DNA of 64,000 nt from Sedimentisphaeraceae bacterium JB056 (GCA_044440125.1 JBITAJ010000027.1:1-64000), one strand, 5' to 3'. Counted from the first letter of the stretch, positions 48,800-59,101 are shown. Numbers and translations are program-made. Notes: generated by a model not told the origin, from the letters alone.

Positions 48800-50375
48800 T
48801 AATTGCTTCGGCGATTTTGATTCCGTCTATTGCTGCTGACATTATTCCTCCTGCGTATCCTGCTCCTTCGCCTGCTGGGTAGAGGCCTCTGATAGCGGGG
48901 TTCTGGAATGTTTCGTCTCTTAGTATTCTCAAAGGACACGAGCTTCTTGTCTCTATTGCCGTCATTACTGCTCCGGGAGAGGCAAATCCTTTGAGTTTCT
49001 TGTCAAGTTGAGGTAGAGCCAGTTTCAATGTCTGGGCTACGAAGTCAGGTAAGGTTTCTGCTAAGTCGCAAGATAAGAATCCCGGCTTATATGTCGGCAG
49101 CACTCCTGCAACGCAAGTCGAAGCTTTGGAAGCGAGAAAATCGCCGACAAGCTGGACAGGTGCGGCATAGTTGCTGCCTCCGGTTACGAATGCTTGTCTC
49201 TCCCATTTTCTCTGAAATTCGATGCCTGCAAGCGGTGAATCGCTTGCGAAATCGGCAGGGGTTACGCCTACGAGCAATGCACTGTTTGCATTAGGAAGGC
49301 TGCGTTTATAGTGACTCATGCCGTTTGTTGCTACCATTCCGGCTTCGGAGGATGATGCGATTACTTCGCCACCCGGGCACATGCAGAATGTATACGCACT
49401 TCGGCCGTTGGGGCAGTGATGGACGAGTTTGTAGTCGGCGGCCCCGAGGATTGGATCGGTTTCATAGGTATTGTACTGGGATTTGTTTATGATTCCCTGT
49501 TTGTGTTCTATGCGAACGCCGATTGAGAATGGCTTGGCCTCCATTGCGACGCCGCTTTCATGAAGCATTTCGAATGTATCTCTCGCACTGTGTCCGATAG
49601 CCAGGATGAGGTTGTCGGTATCGATCTCGGTATTTTCGTTGATTGTTATACCGGTTATTCGGTCGGCTTTTGTTTTTATCGATGTCAGCCTTGACTCGAA
49701 AAGAACCTCTCCGCCCAGACTTATTATTTCTTTCCGGATGTTTCTTACAACTTTAATAAGATTGTCGGTTCCAATGTGTGGCCTGGCATGATACATGATT
49801 TCTTCAGGGGCACCGGCGGCAATCAGTTCGGATAATACTTTGCGAGATCGGTTGGCTTTGTCTTTTACCTGTGAGGCAAGCTTGCCGTCGGAGAATGTTC
49901 CTGCTCCGCCTTCGCCGAACTGGACGTTTGATTCTGGGTCGAGCTTTCCCGTTTTCCAGAAATCGTATACATCTTTTATGCGATCTTCAACAGCTTTGCC
50001 GCGTTCGATGATTATTGGCTTATAACCCAGGCGTGCCAGCATCAGACCGGCTAAAAGACCTGCGGGGCCGCTTCCGGCTATTACCGTCTTTTTCTTCTCT
50101 GCCGCAGATTTGGGCATTATATAGAGGTTGGCCTTGTCGCTCAGAAGCTCGGCGTTTTGAGGCAATTTAAGTTCTTTTTCATCAATACCAGACAATGAGA
50201 TATCGATTGTGTAAACGAATTTAATTTGGTTTTTCCGCCTCGCATCAATTGATTTGCGAATGATATTCACTGCCGTGATATTATCGCGGCTTATTTTGAG
50301 TTTGCTTACAATAAGCTTCTCAATAGCATCATGACTATGCTTATAAGGCAGAGTCAGGGCTTTAATTCTTATCAT
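48786..50375 (-). CDS. Uncharacterised FAD-dependent oxidoreductase (COG2509-like)
   Basis: GSGPAG, QFGEGGAGTFSDGKL, FCMCPGG, GEGAGYAGGI. Confidence 0.88.
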   Translation of the reverse strand: MIRIKALTLPYKHSHDAIEKLIVSKLKISRDNITAVNIIRKSIDARRKNQIKFVYTIDISLSGIDEKELKLPQNAELLSDKANLYIMPKSAAEKKKTVIAGSGPAGLLAGLMLARLGYKPIIIERGKAVEDRIKDVYDFWKTGKLDPESNVQFGEGGAGTFSDGKLASQVKDKANRSRKVLSELIAAGAPEEIMYHARPHIGTDNLIKVVRNIRKEIISLGGEVLFESRLTSIKTKADRITGITINENTEIDTDNLILAIGHSARDTFEMLHESGVAMEAKPFSIGVRIEHKQGIINKSQYNTYETDPILGAADYKLVHHCPNGRSAYTFCMCPGGEVIASSSEAGMVATNGMSHYKRSLPNANSALLVGVTPADFASDSPLAGIEFQRKWERQAFVTGGSNYAAPVQLVGDFLASKASTCVAGVLPTYKPGFLSCDLAETLPDFVAQTLKLALPQLDKKLKGFASPGAVMTAIETRSSCPLRILRDETFQNPAIRGLYPAGEGAGYAGGIMSAAIDGIKIAEAIINCQ

Positions 50376-50806
50376 AAAGTCCTGCTGCAGAGATTTAAAC
50401 GCTTTTCTGGTAAGGGTTAGCGTTCGAGGGTCTTTATTCTGCGATAAATTGCCATAGAAACAATGTGAAGTTTCCTATATCACCTTAGCGTACAGCCGCA
50501 CCGGCAAGGCGAATTTTACCATAAAAAGGAAAATTTGCGTGAAACATTTTGCTGAAAAAACAGTTTTTTTACTGCCATTGTTGGTTTCTATGCCTTCTGG
50601 GTATTGTGTTTTTAAATAATACTTCACATTGTGAAGTTTTTTTGTAAAATCTGAGCTTAGTTTGTATTGACCCCGGAAAATGCGGCTTAAAGTTTGCGAC
50701 ACTGAAAAATGTCTACTTGGACGATAAAAAATATAGTCGAGTAGTTCATTGTCTTTGTCGCAGTTGTAAAGTTTGATTACCGCATATTAATATAAAGGAA
50801 AATGAA

Positions 50807-51577
50807 ATGAAAAAATCACTATCAACATTGTTAGCTGACGGATTTATTCTTGTGTACAACCAGAACAAGCTCGATGTGGTCAAGACCGCAGAGGCTCTGA
50901 TGGAAGCCGGAATAAACAATATGGAAGTTACTTGCCGTATCAATACCCCGCTTGAGAAGATCGAGAGGCTCAAAAAAGAGCTGCCCGACTTCATTTGCGG
51001 AGCGGCATCACTTGCTGATTTCCCGGCTTTTCTGGATATCTATAACGCTCAGAACCCTTCTGATACGCTGCCGACAGTACAGCAGGTTGTAGATGCGGGA
51101 AGCGATTATCTTGTTTCGGCTGTTAATTTCAGCGATGACAGTTATGCGAAATTTGGTGGAAAAATCCCCATGATTCCCGGCTGCGGCACTGCTACTGAAA
51201 TAATCAGCCAATATTCAAAGGGTGCTAATATCTGTAAGATGTTCCCTGCAAAGCAGATAGGTGGTTGCGATTATATCAAGGCGATTGATCCGGCTATTCA
51301 TAAAACAATCAGTATAATACCGACCGGCGGCACTAACATGTCAAATATTGCCGATTATATCAAGGCCGGCGTTCTTGTGCTTGGCGGTTCTTTCAGCATG
51401 ATTGAGAAGGCTAAGATGGCTAAGATTGTTGATGAGCAGGATTACAAACTGCTTGCTTCAGAGCTTAAGGTCGTCAAAGAGTATATCGATAAGTGCCGTA
51501 GTGAGATGTGGCAGGGTGTTGATTTTTCTTCTGTTGAAGAGGTTACAAAGGCTACCGGCAGGAATTTTAACTGCTGA
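50807..51577 (+). CDS. eda: KDPG/KHG aldolase family protein
   Basis: MEVT, IPGCGTATEI, KMFPA, PTGG. Confidence 0.75.
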   Translation: MKKSLSTLLADGFILVYNQNKLDVVKTAEALMEAGINNMEVTCRINTPLEKIERLKKELPDFICGAASLADFPAFLDIYNAQNPSDTLPTVQQVVDAGSDYLVSAVNFSDDSYAKFGGKIPMIPGCGTATEIISQYSKGANICKMFPAKQIGGCDYIKAIDPAIHKTISIIPTGGTNMSNIADYIKAGVLVLGGSFSMIEKAKMAKIVDEQDYKLLASELKVVKEYIDKCRSEMWQGVDFSSVEEVTKATGRNFNC

Positions 51578-51609
51578 TTTTGTCCTTAATAAGGAACTGT
51601 GAGTTATAT

Positions 51610-51646
51610 AAAGGCTGTGGTTTTGTTAAACCGCGGCCTTTTTTTT
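51610..51646 (+). terminator. Intrinsic terminator
   Basis: aaggctgtggttt...aaaccgcggcc followed by T8. Confidence 0.8.
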
Positions 51647-51803
51647 GTGTTGAGCAATATAATGCGTGATTTTCAAGCTGATTATGGTATAATTGCCCGA
51701 CCTGTTTTTATGGCCTTAGATATGTATTAATGCGTGTTTCAGAGTTTCAGGGCCATTTTTTCAGATTATTTTATGAAGTTATTTCTTGCTAAAAGGAAGA
51801 TAA

Positions 51804-52499
51804 ATGCTTAAAACGACACCGCTTGAAACTTTGCATAAGCAATTTGATGCGGAATTTACAGAATATTATGGATACTCAATGCCCGGCAGTTATTCACAGC
51901 TCTCCAAAGAGCTTGATGGATTGAAGCAGAGCAGTGCGGCATTTGATCTTTGCGCTTTTTCAAGAGTTGCGATAAGTGGAAAAGATGCCGAAGAGCTCTT
52001 GAATACTGTTTTTCCGAAAGCTTCATTGCCGTCGGAAGAATGCTGGGATTGGGCCTCGGAAGATAAAAAAGTTCGTATTTTGAATAGTTCAAACGAATAC
52101 CTTCTGCTAATCCATCCTCAGATCAGTGACAATATTCTTGAGAGGGTCAATTCGATTGCTTCAAGAATGAAGGTTAATATAACTGATAAGACAGAAAAAA
52201 CGGCTATGCTTGGGGTCTACGGGCCAAGTTCTTATGAGATGATTGGCAGTATTATTCCTTTGGATATTACAGCTCTTGAGCCGGGCAAGGTTATGAACGT
52301 GTCGTTTTTCATGATGTCTTTGACTATGATCAGAGGCAGCTGGCTTGGCAGTGACGGAGTAGAGTTGATATGTCCTGTTGGTGCATCGAAATTTGCGACA
52401 CAGGCCATAGGGAAGTATCAGAAGCGTGAAAGCATTGTGCCTGCCGGTACTGTTTGCTTTGAAGCGGCTTTTGAGGAATATGTTTCACAAACAGTATAG
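51804..52499 (+). CDS. Short GcvT/aminomethyltransferase folate-binding domain protein
   Basis: KTTPL, AAFDL, GVYGP, GSDGVEL; lacks the C-terminal barrel. Confidence 0.7.
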   Translation: MLKTTPLETLHKQFDAEFTEYYGYSMPGSYSQLSKELDGLKQSSAAFDLCAFSRVAISGKDAEELLNTVFPKASLPSEECWDWASEDKKVRILNSSNEYLLLIHPQISDNILERVNSIASRMKVNITDKTEKTAMLGVYGPSSYEMIGSIIPLDITALEPGKVMNVSFFMMSLTMIRGSWLGSDGVELICPVGASKFATQAIGKYQKRESIVPAGTVCFEAAFEEYVSQTV

Positions 52500-52522
52500 A
52501 CAAAAGAATTTGCATAATTAAC

Positions 52523-53299
52523 ATGTTTGCGATAATAAGCGATATACATTCAAATATTGAAGCACTCTCAGCGGTTATGGCTGACATAGAGCAACGCGGT
52601 ATAAAGACCGTGTATTGTCTGGGTGATATCCTTGGTTATGGACCTAACCCCAAGGAGTGTCTCGATGTTGTGATGGACAAGACTGAGTTGTGTGTCATGG
52701 GTAATCATGACTACGCTGTAATATACGAGCCTACGAATTTTAATCTTGGGGCTGAGCAGGCGGCATATTGGTGTCGTGATATGCTGGCCTCAGAGCAGGA
52801 TAAGGATATAGCCTCAAAGAGATGGCAGTTTCTTGTCAGCAGGCCGATGCGAGAGCGTTTGAAGTTGAAACTTGACGGCCAGAAGGCTACTCTTGATTTT
52901 GTACATGCTTCTCCAAGGCGGCCTATAAATGAGTATATCTTTCCTGATGATATTTTTTCATCACCGGCAAAGATTTCTTCACTTTTTGAGACGGTGGAGC
53001 ATGTCTGCTTCATAGGACACACTCACTTGCCGGGAGTATTCCTTGATGATCCTGATTTCTATACCCCTGATGAGCTCGGCGGCTACTATCCTATTGAGCC
53101 TGACGAAAAGGCGGTTATAAATGTAGGTTCTGTAGGCCAGCCAAGAGACAGGGATCCTCGTGCCAGTTATGCTTATGTTGAGGGTAATGAGGTTCATTTC
53201 GTGCGTGTTGAATATGATATTGATGCAGTGTCCAGAAAAATCTATGAGATTGATATGCTGGATGACTTTGAGGCCGACAGGCTTAAAGAAGGCAGGTAA
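52523..53299 (+). CDS. Metallophosphoesterase (calcineurin-like)
   Basis: SDIHSN, LGDILGYG, GNHD, GHTH, NVGSVGQPRD. Confidence 0.92.
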   Translation: MFAIISDIHSNIEALSAVMADIEQRGIKTVYCLGDILGYGPNPKECLDVVMDKTELCVMGNHDYAVIYEPTNFNLGAEQAAYWCRDMLASEQDKDIASKRWQFLVSRPMRERLKLKLDGQKATLDFVHASPRRPINEYIFPDDIFSSPAKISSLFETVEHVCFIGHTHLPGVFLDDPDFYTPDELGGYYPIEPDEKAVINVGSVGQPRDRDPRASYAYVEGNEVHFVRVEYDIDAVSRKIYEIDMLDDFEADRLKEGR

Positions 53300-53392
53300 T
53301 GACTGAAGACATGAGGCAAGCAGTACCGCGACCATTAGGGAGCGGGTAAACCAGATAACTTAAAACTGATGATTAAGAACTTGAAATAAAAG

Positions 53393-55342
53393 ATGAACAA
53401 AAAGATATTTTTATTAGCGATATTGTTTTTCTGCTGCTTTGCGGCGATTGCGGAGCAGGCAACTGCTGAAACTCAGGCTACGGCAGTTAAGATTGAATCT
53501 GATGAACCTGCGATAAGCATTGATCTTGCTAATCTTTCAGCGATACCCGCAGAGGCGACTGTAAGGACAGTTGGTTCTGTTTTTCCTGATGACGGCTACA
53601 AGTTTGAGCTTCAGCTCAACAGCAAGGGTGCATCAATAGAGTATGCAAGGCTGACTGATTATTACACAAGGGGCAGTGAAGATGACCCAATGATGATTCT
53701 TGCTCCTTTGCTTGACGAAAACCAGCAGGAAATCATATCCCTTGCAAACAGTTATCTCAGTTTTGAGGGTTTTGAAGGACGTTTCCCGCTTCATAAGCTC
53801 AACTGGCGAACAGGTGAGATAAAGTCTACCGGTGATGGACAGGAAATATCTTATACCACAGAGCTTTCTGTTCCTGACTACGGCAACGTCATTACTTTGG
53901 TGAAGACCTATAGGGTTCTTAAAGATACTCGTCATTTATTCGTTGATTTTTCAATTGAAAATCTTACAGATGAGCCACTGAAGATTAACTTCGAAATCCA
54001 GAGTCCTGTTGGGCTTACCCGTGAGGAAGTTCGCAGAGACATGCGAAGTGTTACTGCCGCTTTTTCAAATCCTGCCGATCAGATCAAGTCTACGAGGCTC
54101 GATATCAATAAGGTCAGGTCTGCCGAGATTGAATATCTTCAGGCTAATGATGTAAGTGAATTGGAGAAAACTTATGTTGAACGTCCCAAGGGGACTAATA
54201 AGTTTGAGTGGGCATCTACCGGCAACAAATATTTTGCCGCTATCCTCAGGCCTCAAGATGCAACGGTTCAGAATCCGCAGGTAAATCGCTGCGAATATTA
54301 TGACAGCAAGATAATAAAGGGCTTGAGTGTTAAACAGCAGCCTGAAACCAATGACAGTGAAGGTGTCGGCTATAAGCTTTCTTATAAATCCATCGAGCTT
54401 GCTCCAAAGGGAGTTGAGGAAAGTACGCAGAAGTTCAATTATATGCTTTATCTTGGCCCTAAGGATAAGAGCCTTTTTGAGGATGATCCGCTCTACAGCA
54501 AGCTTGGGTTTGTGCAGTCGATTAATTTCCAGGCGTGCTGCGGTAATCTTTTCAGACCGATATCGTTTGCTATTCTTGCTCTTATGAAGGCGGTATATCA
54601 TGTTCTTCCGAACTATGGTATAATAATCATACTCCTGGTGCTTCTTGTTCGTACTCTTCTTCACCCGCTTACAAAGAAGAGTCAGGTCTCCATGATGAAA
54701 ATGGGCAAGCTTGGGCCAATGGTTGAGGAAGTGAAGAAGAAATACGGCAACAATCCTACAGAGATGAACAAGAGGGTTATGCAGCTCTATAAAGAGCAGG
54801 GTGCTAATCCGATGCTTGGGTTCCTGCCTATGATGATACAGATGCCGATCTGGATTTCTCTTTATGCCGCGATTAACGCGAGTATCGACCTTAGAGGGGC
54901 AGCGTTCCTGCCGTTCTGGATTACTGACCTTTCGGCTCCCGATATGCTTTTCAGTTTCCCGACCTTTACCGTGCCGCTGCTCGGGTGGCATATAAGCTCG
55001 TTCAATCTGCTGCCGCTTCTCCTTTCTGTTGGTATGGTGATGCAGCAGAAGCTTATGTCTTCATCGCAGACCGCTTCGGCTAATCCGCAAATGGCTCAGC
55101 AGCAGAAAATGATGATGGTGATGATGCCGGTGATGATGCTTATCTTCCTTTATACGGCTCCTTCGGGTCTTAACCTCTATATTATGGCCAGTACATTTGG
55201 CGGTGTGATAGAGCAGAAGGTTATCAAAAAACACATCAAAGAGCAGGAAGAAAAAGAGCGTTACGGCAAAGTACCAGTAACGGCTAAAACGGGCGGAAAA
55301 CCGAAAAAGAAAAAGCCAAAACCAATGTTCAAGAATAGATGA
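53393..55342 (+). CDS. yidC: Membrane protein insertase YidC
   Basis: YLGPK, NYGIIIILL, PMMIQMPIW, WITDLSAPD, PSGLNLY. Confidence 0.95.
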   Translation: MNKKIFLLAILFFCCFAAIAEQATAETQATAVKIESDEPAISIDLANLSAIPAEATVRTVGSVFPDDGYKFELQLNSKGASIEYARLTDYYTRGSEDDPMMILAPLLDENQQEIISLANSYLSFEGFEGRFPLHKLNWRTGEIKSTGDGQEISYTTELSVPDYGNVITLVKTYRVLKDTRHLFVDFSIENLTDEPLKINFEIQSPVGLTREEVRRDMRSVTAAFSNPADQIKSTRLDINKVRSAEIEYLQANDVSELEKTYVERPKGTNKFEWASTGNKYFAAILRPQDATVQNPQVNRCEYYDSKIIKGLSVKQQPETNDSEGVGYKLSYKSIELAPKGVEESTQKFNYMLYLGPKDKSLFEDDPLYSKLGFVQSINFQACCGNLFRPISFAILALMKAVYHVLPNYGIIIILLVLLVRTLLHPLTKKSQVSMMKMGKLGPMVEEVKKKYGNNPTEMNKRVMQLYKEQGANPMLGFLPMMIQMPIWISLYAAINASIDLRGAAFLPFWITDLSAPDMLFSFPTFTVPLLGWHISSFNLLPLLLSVGMVMQQKLMSSSQTASANPQMAQQQKMMMVMMPVMMLIFLYTAPSGLNLYIMASTFGGVIEQKVIKKHIKEQEEKERYGKVPVTAKTGGKPKKKKPKPMFKNR

Positions 55343-55346
55343 TTTT

Positions 55347-55380
55347 TCAATTGATAATTAACAATTGAAAATGGATAATT
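55347..55380. repeat. Heptamer-periodic intergenic repeat (second long copy)
   Basis: tcaattgataattaacaattgaaaatggataatt. Confidence 0.8.
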
Positions 55381-55402
55381 AGCCTCCGGATTGTAAAAGA
55401 TA

Positions 55403-55437
55403 GAGAGACGTTTTTAATAAAGCGTCTCTTTTTTTTT
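55403..55437 (+). terminator. Intrinsic terminator after yidC
   Basis: gagagacg...cgtctct followed by a T-tract. Confidence 0.75.
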
Positions 55438-55468
55438 CGCTTATAGAATGGATTAAGTTAGAATTAAC

Positions 55469-55503
55469 TTGCCTATTGTATAGTTTTTATATACAATAGG
55501 CAA
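55469..55503 (+). promoter_or_regulatory. Sigma70 promoter covered by a 14-bp perfect inverted-repeat operator
   Basis: TTGCCT-17 bp-TACAAT; arms ttgcctattgtata / tatacaataggcaa with a 7-bp spacer; ATG at 55505. Confidence 0.8.
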
Positions 55504-55504
55504 T

Positions 55505-56056
55505 ATGTTTGAGGCTGAAAAAATACTGAAAGCATTGTATCAGACTGATCAGTGCATGAAGTGGGAGGGTGATAAGGTTGAATTACTCCTTATTGGAGGT
55601 GCGGCGGCAATCCTTTCGGGGCTTTTGCCTCAGGAGAGAGTAACGCAGGATTGTGACGTTATGGATTATACGCCTTCTGACGCTAATGACGCGATTGTCG
55701 AGGCGGCAGCTAAGGCCGCTGAGAAAGAAGGGTTACCTGAAAACTGGTTGAGTTTTCAGGCGATGGGGCTGGATGTATTGCCAGATGGCTGGCGAGTGAG
55801 GCGCCAATTGATTTGCGAGTTTGATAAGATCAAAATATATGCCGCAAGCAGAATTGACTTGATTGCGATGAAATTCTATGCAAACAGACCTCAAGATCGT
55901 GAAGATATATTGAATATGAGACCAACAAAAGATGAATTGAGCTATATCGAAAAATATTTGAATATGCTTAAACTGCCAAAACGTAAAGCTGATTTAGACC
56001 AGATAGTTGATGCGTTGAGGCTGGTTTCTGTTATGAGGGATATTGATTTTGAATGA
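55505..56056 (+). CDS. Pol-beta-superfamily nucleotidyltransferase (DUF6036/AbiEii-like), candidate toxin
   Basis: LLIGGAA, RVTQDCDV, LIAMKFYANRPQDREDI. Confidence 0.8.
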   Translation: MFEAEKILKALYQTDQCMKWEGDKVELLLIGGAAAILSGLLPQERVTQDCDVMDYTPSDANDAIVEAAAKAAEKEGLPENWLSFQAMGLDVLPDGWRVRRQLICEFDKIKIYAASRIDLIAMKFYANRPQDREDILNMRPTKDELSYIEKYLNMLKLPKRKADLDQIVDALRLVSVMRDIDFE

Positions 56057-56747
56057 TATTTTAAAAGAGTGGAGCAGGCTTGGCGTTATATTTAACGTAG
56101 ATGAGTCAGACAGAACTCCTGATATAGAGAAGCTGTTGGTCAAGACTGCTTATGAGTTGCGGGGAAATTCACGCCTTTTCGTGATGGCTTTAAGCTGGCT
56201 CTGTATTTATCAGAGGTTTGTGTGTAAACACAGGCTTGCCTCTTTTGCCAGAAAAATTGAAGATTCGTTTGCCTCAGCTTCGCTTGGGCTTTTGTTGGAT
56301 ATGGCTAAAGAATATTCAGGTTCCGACCATTTCAATCTTGCAATAAAATTTTGCCGTGGTAATGAGAACCCCGAGCCGTTGTTTTTGTCTGACAACCGAA
56401 ATCCCGCTTTGGCTGGATTTGTGCAGTCAAGAAGTTGCAGCTTGGCTATTAAATGGGGACTTTGGTGCGAAGAAACGCAGATAAAGGTAGATTCAATACG
56501 TCCTCTCAGTTGGATTATGAAAAATAATCCGGCTTTGAAACAGCGTGCTATTTTTAATGGCAATCTGAAGGCTTCGATTCTTGAGACTATTGCTGATGAC
56601 CAAAAGACAGGCGAGAGTGAATCTTTGCTTGCTAAGTGCTGCAGTGCGACGAGAAAAGCTGTGAGAGAAGCTTTAGATCATCTTGAGTTTTGTCAAATGA
56701 TTCGAAGAGTACCAGATGGAAGCAGGATTCGTATTGAGATTGTTTGA
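56043..56747 (+). CDS. Hypothetical protein with C-terminal winged HTH, candidate antitoxin/regulator
   Basis: Overlaps the NTase stop; C-terminal SESLLAKCCSATRKAVREALDHLEFCQMI HTH pattern; start may be TTG 56049. Confidence 0.65.
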   Translation: MILNDILKEWSRLGVIFNVDESDRTPDIEKLLVKTAYELRGNSRLFVMALSWLCIYQRFVCKHRLASFARKIEDSFASASLGLLLDMAKEYSGSDHFNLAIKFCRGNENPEPLFLSDNRNPALAGFVQSRSCSLAIKWGLWCEETQIKVDSIRPLSWIMKNNPALKQRAIFNGNLKASILETIADDQKTGESESLLAKCCSATRKAVREALDHLEFCQMIRRVPDGSRIRIEIV

Positions 56748-56824
56748 ATACGCATTTACGTGGCCAGCTTGGAAGGCTGGGGCTTTGATTGTGTCGTTTA
56801 ATTTCTCTAACCGTCATTTTGCGG

Positions 56825-58579
56825 TTAGTCGAATTTGATGTCTTTTATTATGAACTGTGGGGTTTTGACGTTTCTGAATTCATTCATTTGCGGCTCGTAG
56901 GCTATTGAGAAATAGTCCGTTTCGAGGAGTTTCTTTTCGAGATTGGCCATTCCAAACCCGACGCATGCCATTGATCCGCTCCTGTCCTTTACAGCGAATT
57001 GCAGATGATCGCCGCTGGCTCCAATCACTCTTGGCCGTCCTATCAATCTTACTCCGCGAGATGCGAAAACAGGTCTTGGATTACCGTTGCCGAATGGGCC
57101 GAGTTTTTCGAGTTGGAATATTGTGCGGTCATCAAAATCGCCCAGAGTAAATAACCCGTCTATATCGAGACTCTGCTCGAAGTGTTCATCTCTTATGTTT
57201 TCTTTTGCGTATTGTTCGAATGCCTCGGTAAACTCCGGTATCTTTTCGGTTTTTATCGAAAGTCCCGCGGCTTTTGCGTGTCCGCCGTAGCCGATAAGGT
57301 GCTCGCTGCACGCATCTATCGCTTCGAGTATGTTGAATCCGTCAATGCTTCTTGCCGATCCCTTTGCTACATCATCCTGGGTATGGAAAAGTATGGTGGG
57401 GCGGTAGAATTTGTCGAGCAGTCGTGATGCTACGATTCCCACAACGCCTATGTGCCAGCTCTCAGCGGCCAATACCAGTGATCGCCTGTCGGGATGATCC
57501 ATACCTGAGGCGGTGATCAGTGATGTGGCTTCCTTGAGTATCTGCTGCTCCACTTTTCGACGTTCATTATTTTGCTGCTTAAGGTATTCGGCGATTCGCA
57601 GAGACCTCAGCTCGTTGTCGCTTGTGAGAAGTTCGACCGCAAGCCTTGAATGTCCCATACGTCCGGCAGCATTGAGCATCGGAGCTATCTGGAAGGCTAT
57701 GTGTATACTGTCGATATCTTTGCCGTCAAGTCCGGCGGTTTTGATGAGTGCCTTCATGCCGGGAAGCTCTGACTGGCTTATCGAGTACAGGCCGTACTTT
57801 GTGAGCGAGCGATTTTCGCCGACAAGTTCCATGACGTCGGCTATCGTGCCGAGCGTTGCGAAATCTGTCGCGTGCAGCAGGAATTGCTTAAGTTCGCTCC
57901 TGATCTGGCCGCCTTTGTTTTTGTAGGCATTGCAGATTCCCCAAGCCAGTTTGAAGGCCACCATTGCGCCGCATGAGCCGGGGTGAGGGTAGTCCTCAAG
58001 CATCGGGTGCACTATCGCGGCAGCTTTTGGCAGTTCCTCGCCGGGGCAGTGGTGATCGGTTATGATAACCTCCATGCCCAGCTCACCGGCCAGCTTTGTC
58101 TCTTCGATGGCTGTTATACCGCAGTCTACCGTTATCATCAGTTGCGTGCCGTTTTCGGCAAGCTCACGGATTGAATCTGAATTCAGCCCGTAGCCTTCTT
58201 CGACTCTGTGGGGTATATAAAAATCGACATCCGCCTTAAGCATTGTAAGCAGTCGCCAGAGAATCGATGTTGATGTTATGCCGTCAACATCATAATCGCC
58301 GTAGACTGTAATTTTCTTGTTATCCGATACCGCCTTGATTATAAGCTCCACCGCAAGCGGCACACCTGTCAGTTTTTCAGGGGCGAGCAGGTCTGAGAGT
58401 CTTGGATTGAGGAACTTCTTAGCGGTATGCTCATCAACGCACTTGCGATTCAGCAAAACCTGGGAAACAACCTTGCTTACCGATAAGGTTGAAGCGAGCT
58501 GAGCAACGTGATTCTGATCAGGCTCCTGTATTGCCCATTGCCTGTTGATGCTTTCCAGTTTTTTCTTGAATCTTGCCAC
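56825..58579 (-). CDS. recJ: Single-stranded-DNA-specific exonuclease RecJ
   Basis: YGDYDVDG, ITVDCG, ITDHH, NAAGRM, GGHAKAAG, PFGNGN. Confidence 0.96.
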   Translation of the reverse strand: MARFKKKLESINRQWAIQEPDQNHVAQLASTLSVSKVVSQVLLNRKCVDEHTAKKFLNPRLSDLLAPEKLTGVPLAVELIIKAVSDNKKITVYGDYDVDGITSTSILWRLLTMLKADVDFYIPHRVEEGYGLNSDSIRELAENGTQLMITVDCGITAIEETKLAGELGMEVIITDHHCPGEELPKAAAIVHPMLEDYPHPGSCGAMVAFKLAWGICNAYKNKGGQIRSELKQFLLHATDFATLGTIADVMELVGENRSLTKYGLYSISQSELPGMKALIKTAGLDGKDIDSIHIAFQIAPMLNAAGRMGHSRLAVELLTSDNELRSLRIAEYLKQQNNERRKVEQQILKEATSLITASGMDHPDRRSLVLAAESWHIGVVGIVASRLLDKFYRPTILFHTQDDVAKGSARSIDGFNILEAIDACSEHLIGYGGHAKAAGLSIKTEKIPEFTEAFEQYAKENIRDEHFEQSLDIDGLFTLGDFDDRTIFQLEKLGPFGNGNPRPVFASRGVRLIGRPRVIGASGDHLQFAVKDRSGSMACVGFGMANLEKKLLETDYFSIAYEPQMNEFRNVKTPQFIIKDIKFD

Positions 58580-58729
58580 CGGCTACCCGAAATAATATAA
58601 CTAAGACGATTGCGATAAAGTACGCTGAACTGAGCGAAATATTATGCTTCTAAATCAGATCGCTGTTTCGTATGCCGTTTAAAAGTTTTACGGCAGGTGC
58701 TAATTATAGCAAAAGTGCCGGCATTTTAC

Positions 58730-58768
58730 AAAAAAAGCCTCGTTGCCAACGGCTGACAACGAGGCTTT
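58730..58768 (-). terminator. Terminator downstream of tRNA-Ser
   Basis: Plus strand aaaaaaagcctcgttg...caacgaggcttt, giving a U-tract on the minus strand. Confidence 0.8.
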
Positions 58769-58772
58769 ACAG

Positions 58773-58857
58773 CGGAGGAGGAGGGATTCGAACCCCCGGA
58801 GGTTTGACCCTCAACGGTTTTCAAGACCGTCACCATAAGCCGCTCGGACACTCCTCC
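58773..58857 (-). tRNA. tRNA-Ser (anticodon TGA), CCA not encoded
   Basis: GGAGGAG acceptor stem, acggt-CTTGAAA-accgt anticodon arm, long variable arm, GGTTCGAATCC, discriminator G. Confidence 0.96.
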
Positions 58858-59101
58858 GGCATTGCAAATTAATGCTCAGGGTGGGTTATTATATAGAGAG
58901 GTGCACGGATTTCAACCCCTTTTGTCAATATTTTTTGCAACATTTGATATTTTTTAAGCATCATGCTTATTTATTGCTTTTATCTTGAGAGGTTGAATCA
59001 TTAAAAGACTTGCAAAAAAGTGATAATTTACGATAATAAAGCGGTTTGTAAAACAGTTTGTAGAGGTAAAATAAAGTAATGTTTTTTTTGAGTATGGATT
59101 T

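Noticed and set aside
58773..58857. tRNA-Ser as an island integration site or as a linked target of the nearby NTase
   Set aside because: No integrase or duplicated tRNA 3' end seen, and recJ lies between them; proximity is probably coincidental
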